From an uncultured Candidatus Saccharimonas sp. (lineage in GTDB: Bacteria; Patescibacteriota; Saccharimonadia; Saccharimonadales; AWTP1-31): a stretch of DNA of 64,000 nt. The stretch covers positions 147 through 64,146 of the forward strand of contig CALRBE010000001.1 in the NCBI GenBank assembly GCA_943354005.1, read 5' to 3'. Position numbers and translations under genes: made by a program. Positions 1 to 10,828 of the stretch are shown one piece after another. Every line of letters starts with the position of its first letter. Position 1 is the stretch's first letter. Below the pieces are notes generated by a model. That model did not search any database and was not told the origin of the DNA. It saw only the letters and a program-made list of their open reading frames with translations.

Positions 1-1
1 T

Positions 2-490
2 GCTGCGACAGTTGGACCTGCCTCGATATTAACCCGTGGAGCAAATCTAAGATTTTATGATTGGCAAAACGGGTGTACATCAAATAAAGTTAACGATGGT
101 TCAAAGAACGCTGTAGTAATGAATGTCTCTTGCCCTCCATCTAGATTTTGGTCTGCGGGCAGCAGTAGTGGCACACAGTCAGTAAGATGGCCCCAAGGAA
201 CTTACATAAACTGCGTTATGGCAAAAGGTTTTGGAAGTTTTGGTGTTACGCAAGGTGGTAGTACAGATTGGAATGGCTATGGGGCAAAATACTACACCAT
301 AAACGATTCAAATTATAAAGAATACTGCTCTTATGCAGTTGCTATTGGAAGTGCCGGGATTACATTTCGACAAAATGATGGTGGAGATTTAATAAGTGGA
401 CGTAAAGCACAGTCAACCCTCTTAACATTTTCATCCATGACTAAACGATGGTATGCTCCCGGAGTTGCACCTGCCCCTAGCGGCAAGTAG
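2..490 (+). CDS. hypothetical protein, 5' end cut by window edge
   Basis: Frame 2 is open from base 2 to the stop at 488-490, so the listed ORF 119..490 is only the part after an internal Met. The protein is Cys/Gly/Ser-rich with no domain I recognise. Confidence 0.4.
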   Translation, partial: AATVGPASILTRGANLRFYDWQNGCTSNKVNDGSKNAVVMNVSCPPSRFWSAGSSSGTQSVRWPQGTYINCVMAKGFGSFGVTQGGSTDWNGYGAKYYTINDSNYKEYCSYAVAIGSAGITFRQNDGGDLISGRKAQSTLLTFSSMTKRWYAPGVAPAPSGK

Positions 491-575
491 TCAGGCACTT
501 GCCAGGAAAGCGTAGCGTGATGAATCGTGAAGCCTCAATACCTGCGCTCATAGAAAAGGATAATGGACAATAACT

Positions 576-1166
576 ATGGATAATAATGGCATCGAAATTA
601 ATCCTGGTAGATCAATACTACGATCCCGTTGGGTTCTAGTCGCTATTTTAACGACAGCCTTCCTAGTAACATTTTTTATTAGCTATTCAGTAACTAGTTT
701 TGCCCTAAATCGTAACTCAAAAAATACGAGTATTGCTAAATCTGGTGACTCCAAACAAACCGACCCCACACAAAATCCTAATACTGACCAGCCCTCCAAT
801 AACAACAATGAGACTCCGTCGCCGGCTCCGACTCCGTCACCAGCTCCGGCTCCGGCTCCGACTCCGTCACCATCAACACCAGCTGTATATTGTGGTGTAT
901 CAGGGATGCCTGAAGGCGTGTGTAATGCAATTAATTCAATTGAAAAGAATGGGCTCAAAAACAACCCTTACGTTAGCGCATCTACCAATGATGTACCTAC
1001 TGAATTAAAAGTTACCGTCAGTAGATCTACCTGGAAGCTAACCAATGCAGACACTGGCAGTGTAAGCTTCGACGCTAGTCTCGATGGCACGAATTATAAG
1101 GGCAGTGGTATATTTACAAAAAGCGGCAACGATTGGAAAGTTTCAAGCTACACTCTAAGCAACTAG
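576..1166 (+). CDS. membrane-anchored hypothetical protein with Pro-rich linker
   Basis: One N-terminal hydrophobic helix (WVLVAILTTAFLVTFFISYSV) is followed by a PAPTPSPAPAPAPTPSP linker and a small C-terminal domain. Confidence 0.6.
   Translation: MDNNGIEINPGRSILRSRWVLVAILTTAFLVTFFISYSVTSFALNRNSKNTSIAKSGDSKQTDPTQNPNTDQPSNNNNETPSPAPTPSPAPAPAPTPSPSTPAVYCGVSGMPEGVCNAINSIEKNGLKNNPYVSASTNDVPTELKVTVSRSTWKLTNADTGSVSFDASLDGTNYKGSGIFTKSGNDWKVSSYTLSN
824..872 (+). repeat. 19-bp perfect direct repeat, 30 bp apart, encoding the PAPTPSP linker
   Basis: GGCTCCGACTCCGTCACCA occurs at 824-842 and again at 854-872. Confidence 0.8.
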
Positions 1167-1180
1167 TCCTAGAATTCGGG

Positions 1181-1663
1181 TTAGTATGAATATATATACC
1201 AACTACGATTTTTACGTAATGGCTTCTTCTTAGGGATAGGGAATATATAGCTTAATAGCATAGATCCTTTTTTCATTTCCTTATCGGCTTTTTTACCTAA
1301 TCTAGGCATAGTACGCGGAACTAAAAATGCCATTACAACGTCAGCCTTAGATATGTCTTTAGTCCAAAAGTTTCCTAAACGTATCTTTACATTATCTTCT
1401 CCTATCGAACGCGCCCAAGCATATGCCCATAAAATTGGATTAAGCTCATAGCCAATAGCCTTAGCACCTCGCTTGGCGGCACCTCGCACCAGACGACCGT
1501 CCCCACAGCCCAATTCTATATATACACTGCCTGGCTTAATTTTTGCGTCGTCAAATAGCGCCTCAATATCATATGCTCGAGCTGGAACCCACGGCGCTCC
1601 TGAAATACTACTAACCGTAAAACCTAGAAGCAAAACCGATATTACTACAAAAAATATAATCAT
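1181..1663 (-). CDS. class I SAM-dependent methyltransferase with N-terminal membrane anchor
   Basis: Motif I ELGCGDGRL is followed by an acidic residue in GYELN. The N-terminus is hydrophobic. Confidence 0.7.
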   Translation of the reverse strand: MIIFFVVISVLLLGFTVSSISGAPWVPARAYDIEALFDDAKIKPGSVYIELGCGDGRLVRGAAKRGAKAIGYELNPILWAYAWARSIGEDNVKIRLGNFWTKDISKADVVMAFLVPRTMPRLGKKADKEMKKGSMLLSYIFPIPKKKPLRKNRSWYIYSY

Positions 1664-1758
1664 TCCTTTAGGGTATACTATCAGGCTGTGGTTTAACAGT
1701 AGGCTTGCTTTAACGATATAGCTTAATTTAAGCTATACTATAAGAAAGGAAAACACAT

Positions 1759-3045
1759 ATGAAATTTGTCAAAAAGATTACTCGAAAAATACCAACACTT
1801 ACCATGAATCCTTTTTCTCTAGGAGACGTGCTCTTCCGAAAAGACAAACGTATTGAAACATTTTTAGCTCTTGATCAAGATAAGCGAGTCGACTTACTGC
1901 GTTCTGTTACAACAGGAGTTAAGAAAGATATCCTAAAGCGTATACCGGAATCCGATTTTGTCAGTATTCTTCAAACGATTGATCCTGATGAAGCAACTGA
2001 TATGCTTCAATTAGTATCTAAAATGAAGCGGGAAAAAGTTCTTAATGATCTTAGCGCCGAACTTAAAGATTCACTTTCTATTCTATTAGCCTTCGATCCT
2101 GAGACTGCAGCCGGTCTTATGACCCTAGACTATATTCAAGTAGATGAGTCCGAAACAATTGAAGGCGTAGCAGAGAAGTTTAAACATCACGAAAAGAAAA
2201 CTGGTCGACCTCCGGTTATCATAGTTCTAGAGAATAATAAGCTAAATGGTTTTTTGCCGGGGCATGTTCTTGGAATTGCTAGAAGAACAGAAAAAATTAA
2301 TAGCTATATAAAGCACATGCAATCAATATCCTATGCAGCCAAACATAAAGACGTACTTAACCTATTCCAATCTCATCCTCACACAAAAGTGGCTGTTCTA
2401 AATGATTCAGATGAAGTCGTTGGAATTATCTATTCAGATGATATGCTCCAACTAATTGAAAAAGAGCAAGGGTCATCACTCTATAACTTTGCTGGTATAA
2501 AGCAGGAGGAGAGCGTTACTGACACTGCTAAGAATAAAGTGAGGAACCGTTACCGTTGGCTGATCATTAACCTAGGTACGGCTTTTCTTGCAGCATTTAC
2601 GGTCAGTCTCTTTTCAAACACATTAGATAAATACGTGCTACTTGCTATATACATGCCAATTGTTGCAGGCATGGGAGGTAACGCAGCTACTCAGACATTG
2701 GCGGTTCAGGTACGTGGTATTAGTCTCAGGCAGATTGATCTAAGCAATGCTTGGATGTCATTACGTAATGAACTTGGCGCAGGATTAGTTAACGGTGTTA
2801 TTAACGGTATTATCGTCTTTAGCGTCGTCATGGTAGTTAACCATGACTTTAAAATCGCTATGGTACTTGGACTCGCCATGATCATTAACCTACTTGTGGC
2901 CAGCACCTTTGGAACGCTCGTTCCACTCATAATGAAACGTCTTGGAAAAGATCCGGCAACGTCTGCGACTATATTCATAACAACTGCAACAGATATCCTA
3001 GGCTTCTTAGCGTTCCTAGGCCTGGCTACTATTGTTCTTGGCTAG
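1759..3045 (+). CDS. mgtE: magnesium transporter MgtE
   Basis: There is an N-terminal MgtE-N-like region, a CBS pair region, and a C-terminal TM domain with GGNAATQ and DPATSATIFITTATDILGF motifs. Confidence 0.9.
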   Translation: MKFVKKITRKIPTLTMNPFSLGDVLFRKDKRIETFLALDQDKRVDLLRSVTTGVKKDILKRIPESDFVSILQTIDPDEATDMLQLVSKMKREKVLNDLSAELKDSLSILLAFDPETAAGLMTLDYIQVDESETIEGVAEKFKHHEKKTGRPPVIIVLENNKLNGFLPGHVLGIARRTEKINSYIKHMQSISYAAKHKDVLNLFQSHPHTKVAVLNDSDEVVGIIYSDDMLQLIEKEQGSSLYNFAGIKQEESVTDTAKNKVRNRYRWLIINLGTAFLAAFTVSLFSNTLDKYVLLAIYMPIVAGMGGNAATQTLAVQVRGISLRQIDLSNAWMSLRNELGAGLVNGVINGIIVFSVVMVVNHDFKIAMVLGLAMIINLLVASTFGTLVPLIMKRLGKDPATSATIFITTATDILGFLAFLGLATIVLG

Positions 3046-4277
3046 TTACCGATACGAAGGGCATCGATAGGATCTTTGCGGGCAGCTTTAACTGCTGGTA
3101 TGGTGCCAAATATAATTCCTACAGAAACTGAGACTACCGCAGCTACAACTACGACAGGCCAGGTGATGACTGGGGTTAGATCGGTAGTTACACGTATTAG
3201 GAAGTTCAGGACAAATGATGCGATTATTCCTATAATTCCTCCGAGCACACTCAGTACAATTGCCTCTGCCATAAACTGGTTACGAATCTGACGGTTAGTG
3301 GCACCTACGGCTTTGCGTACACCAATTTCGCGGGTTCTCTCACTTACAGAAACTAGCATGATATTCATGATTCCAATTCCACCTACTACTAGTGAAATAG
3401 CCGCAATAGCCGCAATAAAGCCAGTCAACTTATCAAGTACTGAGCTTGTGACTTGCAGGTTTTCACTTTGTAACAAAACAGTCGTATCGTCTTGACCGCC
3501 ATGAGAGTCTTTAATTGATGCGGTAATTTGTTTAGCTAACTCGCCAGCATTTTTAGGGTTCTGTGGTTTAGCTAATACTCTAACTACTGGTGCTGCGGTG
3601 CCAGCAACTTCTTTTAGGCTGGTAGTCGGTACAAAGATTGCCTTGTTAAGATCAATACCTTGACCAAGTGGGTTGTTATTAAACTTTTCAAAAACACCAC
3701 GTATTATAAAGTCTTGGCCTCGGATAGTTACTATCTGTCCAAGTGGCACATTTTCTTGGAATAGCTCTTCTGCTACTGATTTACCGATAACGGCAACCTG
3801 GCGAGATGTTTCTCCCGTAGTAAAGTAACTGCCGTACTCTAATTTCTGATTGATCAGGTTAGGGAGAGAAGGGTTTGTGCCCAGCACAAAGCCGTCACCG
3901 TACTCACGACCATCAGCAATAACGCTACCATTTAAAAGTCGAATAGCAGTGGCGTCCTTAACTCCTAGGCTACCTTCTACTATAGCAACGTCACGGTCAT
4001 TCAAAGTTCCACTACCAAACCCGTATACGAAATCGGGACTAATCTTTTGGATATTTCCATCAGCGTCTCTTTTTACACCTTTACCAGCACGAACTGTAAT
4101 AAGATCGCTTCCTACACTTTTTATTTCTCCGACAACCTGTCTCTTAATCCCTTGGCCCAGGCTAACTATAGTTACTACTGAGACAATGCCGACCACAATA
4201 CCGAACATAGTTAAAGAACTCTGCCATTTCGATTCACGAATTGTCTTATATGCAACTTTGAAATTACCGCTACGCAT
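3042..4277 (-). CDS. ABC transporter permease, MacB/FtsX family
   Basis: The layout is an N-terminal TM helix, a large periplasmic domain, then a C-terminal FtsX-type 3-TM bundle (RTREIGVRKAVGA). It overlaps the upstream ATPase gene by 8 nt. Confidence 0.85.
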   Translation of the reverse strand: MRSGNFKVAYKTIRESKWQSSLTMFGIVVGIVSVVTIVSLGQGIKRQVVGEIKSVGSDLITVRAGKGVKRDADGNIQKISPDFVYGFGSGTLNDRDVAIVEGSLGVKDATAIRLLNGSVIADGREYGDGFVLGTNPSLPNLINQKLEYGSYFTTGETSRQVAVIGKSVAEELFQENVPLGQIVTIRGQDFIIRGVFEKFNNNPLGQGIDLNKAIFVPTTSLKEVAGTAAPVVRVLAKPQNPKNAGELAKQITASIKDSHGGQDDTTVLLQSENLQVTSSVLDKLTGFIAAIAAISLVVGGIGIMNIMLVSVSERTREIGVRKAVGATNRQIRNQFMAEAIVLSVLGGIIGIIASFVLNFLIRVTTDLTPVITWPVVVVAAVVSVSVGIIFGTIPAVKAARKDPIDALRIGN

Positions 4278-5145
4278 TGTTAGTCCTTTTTTGTTTTACA
4301 CTAGAGCGTTTCTTAGCGGACTTCTTAGACGCTCGACGTTTCTTGGTGGTTGATTTTTCTGGTCTAAAATCCATCATGGCAGATACACCTGCAAGATCAT
4401 CTTCTTCAGTTTTACGAGGATAAACATACATTGCTTTTTTTGCTAGAGCAGGCACTTCACCAACAGGAGTCCGTTGGTCATGTACGATACAACCGTCATG
4501 CATATAAACAACCCGATCAGCGTAGCGTGTTATTTCAGGGTTATGGGTCACCATAATAATAGTATTCCCAGTGCGATGTAATTCACTTAGAAGTTCCATG
4601 ACAATAAGACTAGCTGCACTGTCTAAGTTTCCAGTTGGCTCATCGGCAATAATAATCTGAGGGTCACCGACTAATGCTCGAGCTATAGCCGCTCTTTGCA
4701 CTTGGCCGCCGCTAAGCGCCTTAGGCATGAAGTATTGGCGATCTTTAAGACCAACACGCTCCAGCACATCTTCGGCACGCTTTAGACGCTTTACGGTGCC
4801 TACACCGCGATACATTAAGGGCAGGGCAACGTTATCAAGCACACTTAGTTTAGGTAGCAGGTTAAATGACTGAAAAACAAAACCGATTTTGTCGCGACGC
4901 ATTTTGGCGCGCTGATTAGGTCGTAACTTCGAAACATAACGATTACTAAGTAAGTATTCTCCATGAGACGGACGGTCAAGTAGTCCGATAATATTCATTA
5001 GAGTCGATTTGCCTGATCCACTAGGACCCATTACTGCAACGAATTCACCAGCTTCAACATCAATACTGACTTCGTCGAGTGCTACCGTAGTGGCATCGCC
5101 AAAGCCGTACAGTTTACTGACGTCTTTTATAGAAATAATGGGCAT
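4270..5145 (-). CDS. ABC transporter ATP-binding protein (MacB/LolD-like) with Lys-rich C-terminal tail
   Basis: Walker A is GPSGSGKST, the signature is LSGGQ and Walker B is IIIADEPT. The tail is KSTTKKRRASKKSAKKRSSVKQKR. Confidence 0.9.
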   Translation of the reverse strand: MPIISIKDVSKLYGFGDATTVALDEVSIDVEAGEFVAVMGPSGSGKSTLMNIIGLLDRPSHGEYLLSNRYVSKLRPNQRAKMRRDKIGFVFQSFNLLPKLSVLDNVALPLMYRGVGTVKRLKRAEDVLERVGLKDRQYFMPKALSGGQVQRAAIARALVGDPQIIIADEPTGNLDSAASLIVMELLSELHRTGNTIIMVTHNPEITRYADRVVYMHDGCIVHDQRTPVGEVPALAKKAMYVYPRKTEEDDLAGVSAMMDFRPEKSTTKKRRASKKSAKKRSSVKQKRTNNA

Positions 5146-5293
5146 AGAATTTGAGGCTTCTCCGATCCTATATTTATTTATAGGAGTAGATACCTTTATT
5201 CTACGATGTTAATTTATGATAACGCAAGTAAATGCAGGTACTTTTGTCAAAGAAGTCTATAAAACGTTATACTTAGCAGGTAAATAGTAATAT

Positions 5294-5383
5294 GGAGGGG
5301 TCGCATAGTGGCCTAGTGCGCCATCTTGGAAAGGTGGTATGGGGGCAACTCCATCGAGGGTTCAAATCCCTCTCCCTCCGCCA
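5294..5383 (+). tRNA. tRNA-Ser (anticodon GGA), CCA encoded
   Basis: The acceptor stem is GGAGGGG/TCCCTCC and the anticodon stem is CCATC/GGTGG with loop TTGGAAA. It has a long variable arm, T-loop GGTTCAAATCC and a terminal GCCA. Confidence 0.9.
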
Positions 5384-5399
5384 AATAAATTTATAAGCT

Positions 5400-7214
5400 A
5401 TGAAGAATAAAGAAACCAAATCAAAACAATATACACTTCGCTATAACGCGTGGAGAACACTGAAGCTCAATTGGCAAATAGATAGGCTTTCTTTAATAAG
5501 CTACATATGCCTTATGTTGATACAGGTAACTTCAAGTATACTTAGTCTATTTTTTGCGAGCCGTATTATTGGCCAGCTGGCTCAGGCAGCTCAAAAGCAA
5601 CCAGTTTCAGCTAACCACGTCTACATATTACTCGGGGCCTCTACCCTAGCGATACTTTGTGAACGATTTGCATGGCACTGGATATCATTTATTGAACGTA
5701 AAACATGGATTAAATGGTACGTACGTATAGCAGTTGACTATAATAAAGCCGTTTCTGGACTAGACATGGCATGGCACCATAATAATGACTTCGAGAAAAG
5801 GCTTCAGAAAGTACAGCAGGAATACCACTACACACCTCAAAAATTTTCAAATAGTATTTTGAGCTCTGTACATTCGTTAATCAGGCTTATGTCGACATTA
5901 ATAGTCGTTTTTACTTTTGCGCCATGGCTAATAATCATTATGGTAGCGTCCTTACTGCCTGGATTCTTTGCAGAAAAAAGATTTAGTAAAATTAAATGGG
6001 ATCTTTGGGGAGAAAAAGGGGACAAGCCATTGTTGGCATATAAGACAGCTATTTTTCTTCAAGATAAGAAAAAGCTACAGGAAACCAAAATATTTGGCAG
6101 CAGAGACCATCTTATAAATATACTGAAGAGTCTGTACACCGATTTCTACGAACGACAGCTTAAATATCTTCGTAAATTCCAGGTTCATATGTTTGCTGGC
6201 CTAACAACTGAAGTTATTGTTGCCGCAGGAATTACACTTTGGCTCCTAAGAAAAGTATTAAGTGGTTCTCTAAGCCTAGCAAATTATAGTTTTTATAGTG
6301 GTATCATCCTGCAATTTGGCAGCTCGTTAAGCCTAATAGTATCCGGATTAAACTCTATATTCGACAGCAACGAGTACATGAAAGATCTGTATTGGCTTTT
6401 TGACGTAAAGCCTTATTTACCACAAAAAGAAAATCCCATCATAATAGAGAAAGCAGAGATACCTACACTAAGCTTTGAAAATGTGTCATTTAAATACCCC
6501 GGCAGCAGCACATGGGCGCTACGCAATATTAACCTGACAATAAAACCAGGAGATAAAGTTGCTTTTGTTGGGGAGAATGGAGCAGGTAAGACTACTATAG
6601 TTAAGCTTCTACTAAGGTTCTACGATCCAGATGAGGGCCGGATACTCGTAAGTGGGGTCGATGTACGTGATTTAGATATTGCTAGTTATTATAATCACAT
6701 AGGTGTTTTATTCCAGGACTTTAATGACTATCCATACTCGGTGCGCGACAACATAGCATTAGGCCGGGTAGATAACTTCAAGGATGAAAAGAAAGTATTT
6801 AAAGCAGCTAAGTTAGCGGACGCCGATTCATTCATTAAAAAATATCCTGAAGGATACGATCAGATCCTTGAGATTGGTTTTAAAAATGGTATTGAGCCGT
6901 CAGGTGGACAATGGCAACGTATTGCTCTAGCGCGTGCCATGTTTCGGGATGCAGGGATACTAATTCTTGATGAACCAACTGCCGCAGTAGATGCTAAGAG
7001 TGAGTACGAAATCTTTAAGACTCTTGAAGAGCATAGCAAAGATAAGACTACGGTTATTATTTCTCATCGTTTCAGTACCGTGCGTCAGGCTAATATAATC
7101 TACGTAATGAATCAAGGCAAAATAACCGAGCACGGTTCACACAAACTTCTGATGAAAAGTGAGAACGGTATCTATAGAGAGATGTTCAATAAACAAGCTG
7201 AAGGATATCGCTAG
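5400..7214 (+). CDS. ABC exporter, fused permease/ATPase (MsbA-like type I)
   Basis: The N-terminal half has multiple TM helices. Walker A is GENGAGKTT, the signature is SGGQWQR and Walker B is ILILDEPT. Confidence 0.9.
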   Translation: MKNKETKSKQYTLRYNAWRTLKLNWQIDRLSLISYICLMLIQVTSSILSLFFASRIIGQLAQAAQKQPVSANHVYILLGASTLAILCERFAWHWISFIERKTWIKWYVRIAVDYNKAVSGLDMAWHHNNDFEKRLQKVQQEYHYTPQKFSNSILSSVHSLIRLMSTLIVVFTFAPWLIIIMVASLLPGFFAEKRFSKIKWDLWGEKGDKPLLAYKTAIFLQDKKKLQETKIFGSRDHLINILKSLYTDFYERQLKYLRKFQVHMFAGLTTEVIVAAGITLWLLRKVLSGSLSLANYSFYSGIILQFGSSLSLIVSGLNSIFDSNEYMKDLYWLFDVKPYLPQKENPIIIEKAEIPTLSFENVSFKYPGSSTWALRNINLTIKPGDKVAFVGENGAGKTTIVKLLLRFYDPDEGRILVSGVDVRDLDIASYYNHIGVLFQDFNDYPYSVRDNIALGRVDNFKDEKKVFKAAKLADADSFIKKYPEGYDQILEIGFKNGIEPSGGQWQRIALARAMFRDAGILILDEPTAAVDAKSEYEIFKTLEEHSKDKTTVIISHRFSTVRQANIIYVMNQGKITEHGSHKLLMKSENGIYREMFNKQAEGYR

Positions 7215-7382
7215 ACATAGCACAATAGATCTATTACGGTCGGGTTTAATTGACCATTTATCTAAGGTCAGTATTCCTGCAACAGTTTCTAGGTCGAATG
7301 CATGGATAACGTATAGATGTTTTTTTAGGCTATCTGCAGTTCTGATATTCTACGTGCATGGAACTACTGTATTGCTAACTGG

Positions 7383-9161
7383 TTAAAAGATTAGGGTATT
7401 TAAGCCTTTGCGAGCAAGACCGCCCCATTCAACCAATGTGAATCCTTCGCGCTTTGGTGCGTTAAACTTCTGAGCAGGGAGACTTATTGGCTTTGATAAA
7501 CCTTCAAAGTCTAGAAATACACGGATTGATGTATTAGGACGCGGCGTAACCTGTAGTGGCGCGAGCTCATTAATCTGCGGTAGGGTGAGCCATGTTAAGC
7601 GAACATATGGATCCTTAGGAAGATTAGGCCTCCAGAAACTAATGAATTCAGTAATTTCTCGGCCTTGCAGACCTTGGCTAGCAAGCTGTTTTTCGATAGT
7701 TGCAAGCATGTCTTTCTGTGCCACAACTGTACCTTGAGTTATGGCAGGGTACTCACCATTTCCTTGTCCCTCCCAGAATAGAGAACCGTACTCTTGGCCC
7801 TGATAACGCAGCTGTCCGTTTGGTCGAGCTAGTACGTTCTTCCATCCACCAGTAGGGTATAGTGGGTCAGAAACCGTTACGTTAGCACCGACAGCTACTG
7901 ACACATTAGTATCAACCTTAGGGTAGAGATATATTACTGGCTTTCCACATCCGCCTTGTGCAATGAGACTTTCGTTTATGTATACCATAAACTCTCCAAA
8001 ACCATTTTCGATCAAGAAATAGCCATGTTTGTCATTGAATTGTTGGACAGAAAGATTCTTGTTGGCGGCATCTGCAAGGCTCAGAGCACTACCTTTATCA
8101 TAATCTTTAGTGTAGATTTCAGTTACTAATGGATTTGAAGGGTTCAGGCTATATACAGTTTGACCTTGCGGTGTTTTACCAACCTCTGTAAGATCTGACT
8201 TTTGGACATCTGCAACAACATAGGAGGATCCATACCCGCAACCGCCACCGCCCGATCTATAGGATGCAGACGTCTGTTCGCCTTTACTCCACTTAATTTT
8301 TTCATCTGCTTTGGAATCTTTTGCACCCAATTCGCCAGCGATAGTAACATCATAGCTAATAAGGTCGCCGAAGTATGCTGTGATCTTATTAAGGGAATAG
8401 TTAGTTTGCTCTTGTTTTTTGACGTAGTAATCAATGCTATCTTTAGTGTAGAGTTTTGTACCTTTTTCTGGAGGTCCATTTACAAGCTTACCCTTATCGT
8501 CGAAATTAAGGAAAGCAGCACCTGGGTAACCGTCAGAAGATAAAGGCTGTCCCTTTATCGTGATGCTACTGTCGGCAACCAGTTCATCAAGCTTTGTTGT
8601 TGAAGTTTTTGATACATTGCTATTAAAAGATACGTAGATCTTATCTTCGCTTGGCAGAACAACTTCGTAGTTTGTTCCTTTTTTAACGAGAATAATAGAC
8701 GCTTTACTTCCAGTATCATAATTCTGAAATAGGATTATATCTTCATTTGCTTTTGTTTTTCCAATTAGATAACTTAGAGCACTTGAAGAAACACCGTCTG
8801 TGCAATCCTCGCTACCGCTACATTTATAATCTTTTGCTAAGGCCAAGCCTTTTATAACAGTTGGATTCTTATAATAGGTGTTTCCATTAACAACGTAACC
8901 TTCTGCGGTCTCGGTAACTGAATTAGAGTTATTAGACCCATTGGTCGACTTTTCTTTATTTTTAGAAAGAAGGAAAATACTTACTCCAATAATCAGCACT
9001 ACTGCTAAAGCAATACCAATTAAGACTTTTTTATTCTTAAAAAAAGCTCCCTTACTTGGCTTAACCTCAGTATGCTCTGGTTCTACATGCTGCGGATGTT
9101 CAGCGGGACCTGTAGGTATCTGATCATTTTGATTTTGGTTCTGTGATTTATCGTCATCCAT
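7383..9161 (-). CDS. hypothetical N-terminally anchored extracytoplasmic protein
   Basis: A long uninterrupted ORF with a single TM helix (VLIGIALAVVLIIGVSIFLL) after an acidic/Gln-rich N-terminus. I recognise no domain. Confidence 0.6.
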   Translation of the reverse strand: MDDDKSQNQNQNDQIPTGPAEHPQHVEPEHTEVKPSKGAFFKNKKVLIGIALAVVLIIGVSIFLLSKNKEKSTNGSNNSNSVTETAEGYVVNGNTYYKNPTVIKGLALAKDYKCSGSEDCTDGVSSSALSYLIGKTKANEDIILFQNYDTGSKASIILVKKGTNYEVVLPSEDKIYVSFNSNVSKTSTTKLDELVADSSITIKGQPLSSDGYPGAAFLNFDDKGKLVNGPPEKGTKLYTKDSIDYYVKKQEQTNYSLNKITAYFGDLISYDVTIAGELGAKDSKADEKIKWSKGEQTSASYRSGGGGCGYGSSYVVADVQKSDLTEVGKTPQGQTVYSLNPSNPLVTEIYTKDYDKGSALSLADAANKNLSVQQFNDKHGYFLIENGFGEFMVYINESLIAQGGCGKPVIYLYPKVDTNVSVAVGANVTVSDPLYPTGGWKNVLARPNGQLRYQGQEYGSLFWEGQGNGEYPAITQGTVVAQKDMLATIEKQLASQGLQGREITEFISFWRPNLPKDPYVRLTWLTLPQINELAPLQVTPRPNTSIRVFLDFEGLSKPISLPAQKFNAPKREGFTLVEWGGLARKGLNTLIF

Positions 9162-9268
9162 ATGAGACCTCTTTTAAGTATTTAAGTGTATTGTATGCCC
9201 TGATAAGCATAATCACAATAGAACCTTACATGATTAGTCATTTCTTGAGGATAATATTTAATAAATTT

Positions 9269-9982
9269 TCAGGAGATCTTAGTGCCAATTTGTTCACCAC
9301 GAGAAGCACGAAGTAGGTTATCTTCTTTCATAGCGTCAAATACAATTACCGGCATCTTATGTTCCATAGCCAGTCCAAGTGCCGCCTTATCCATTACTGA
9401 GATTTCTTCATTCTCAACTGCCTCTTGGAAAGATATTTTTTCGAGTCTTTCTGCATCAGGGAATTTAGCAGGGTCTTTGGTATACACTCCGTCTACTTTT
9501 GTAGCCTTGAGCACGATATCGCAGTCTAGTTCAAGCGCTAGGCTAACTGCAGCAGTATCAGTTGTTAGGTATGGTCGACCAATCCCTCCAGCTACAACAA
9601 CAACGCGATGCTTCTGAAGATGTTTATTTGCTAACCTAAAGACAAAAGGTTCAGCGACTTGTTGGGCAAAGATATTACTCAAACAACGCGTTTCAAGTTC
9701 TTGGGCTTCAAAGATATCTGTAAGGGCTAGGGCATTTATCATGGTAGCTAGCATTCCCATATGGTCTCCGGTAACTCGTTGGATACCATGGCCAGCGATT
9801 TGAGCGCCGCGAACGAAGTTACCGCCACCAACCATAATTATTACCTGGCAACCACTTTGGCTTACTTTTTTAACTTCTAGAGCAAGCCAGGCGACAAGCT
9901 TAGGGTCGATTCCACTCTCAAATTCACCCGCTAATTGTTCCCCAGATAGTTTTAGTAAGATGCGGTTGTGTGAATCAGTCAT
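9269..9982 (-). CDS. pyrH: UMP kinase
   Basis: Motifs RILLKLSGE, MVGGGN and the TTDTAA region are present. I prefer the Met at 9982 (MTDSHNRILLKLSGE) over the ORF-track start at 10012. Confidence 0.9.
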   Translation of the reverse strand: MTDSHNRILLKLSGEQLAGEFESGIDPKLVAWLALEVKKVSQSGCQVIIMVGGGNFVRGAQIAGHGIQRVTGDHMGMLATMINALALTDIFEAQELETRCLSNIFAQQVAEPFVFRLANKHLQKHRVVVVAGGIGRPYLTTDTAAVSLALELDCDIVLKATKVDGVYTKDPAKFPDAERLEKISFQEAVENEEISVMDKAALGLAMEHKMPVIVFDAMKEDNLLRASRGEQIGTKIS

Positions 9983-10029
9983 TAGCAACCAGTCTAGCAG
10001 AGAAGGGTGCACCAGGCTATACTATTACT

Positions 10030-10827
10030 ATGAAACTATACTCATGGAACGTGAATGGAATTCGTGCGGTTATTAATAAAGGGACTTTTCAAAAGTTCAT
10101 CGAGGAACACAGCCCGGATATCTTGTGCCTTCAAGAAACCAAGGCAAGTCGTGAGCAAGTCGAAATAGATATGCCAGGCTATAAAGAGTACTGGAATTCG
10201 GCCGTCAAGAAGGGATACTCGGGAACTGCGATATTCTCTAAAGATAGTCCACTACAGGTTGTTAATGGATTCCCGGAAGAGATAATTAACAAATATGAAG
10301 TACACGGCGATACCTACGGAAATCCTAATGACGAAGGCCGCGTCATTGCAGCTGAGTTTGAAAAATTCTGGGTAGTCACAGTTTATACACCAAATGCTAA
10401 GGGGGATCTATCTCGATTAGAGCTACGTCACAAGCACTGGGACAAAGCTTTCCTGGCCTACGTCAAAGAACTCGAAAAGAAAAAGCCTGTCTTATTCTGT
10501 GGTGACCTTAACGTTGCTCATACCGAGGATGACCTTGCGAATCCGAAACCAAATGTTGGCAAGCACGGCTTTACTAATGAAGAGCGAGAAGGCTTTGATA
10601 ACTTTGTGAAAGCTGGTTTTATAGATTCATTTAGAATATTCACCCAAGGTAATGGACATTACAGCTGGTGGACACACTGGGCGAATGCTCGAGCACGTAA
10701 TGTTGGCTGGAGGATAGACTACTGGCTGGCTTCTAAGTCACTCAAATCGCACATCATTAAATCAACTATTCACCCAGATGTCATGGGCAGTGACCATTGT
10801 CCCGTTAGTATTGAATTGGATTTCTAA
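10030..10827 (+). CDS. xth: exodeoxyribonuclease III
   Basis: Motifs WNVNGIR, LCLQETK, GDLNVAH and SDHCPV are present. The start is taken at MKLYSWNVNG. Confidence 0.9.
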   Translation: MKLYSWNVNGIRAVINKGTFQKFIEEHSPDILCLQETKASREQVEIDMPGYKEYWNSAVKKGYSGTAIFSKDSPLQVVNGFPEEIINKYEVHGDTYGNPNDEGRVIAAEFEKFWVVTVYTPNAKGDLSRLELRHKHWDKAFLAYVKELEKKKPVLFCGDLNVAHTEDDLANPKPNVGKHGFTNEEREGFDNFVKAGFIDSFRIFTQGNGHYSWWTHWANARARNVGWRIDYWLASKSLKSHIIKSTIHPDVMGSDHCPVSIELDF

Positions 10828-10828
10828 A

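Noticed and set aside
683-1008. ORFs antisense to, or frame-shifted within, the 576..1166 gene (683..964 minus, 733..1008 plus).
   Set aside because: They are products of the Pro-rich repeat reading open in several frames. The same reasoning applies to the many 60-170-aa ORFs nested inside longer motif-supported genes, for example 3850..4353, 8144..8479, 17614..17997, 18887..19258, 20007..20363, 33360..33794, 36545..36913, 42533..42889 and 61259..61606.
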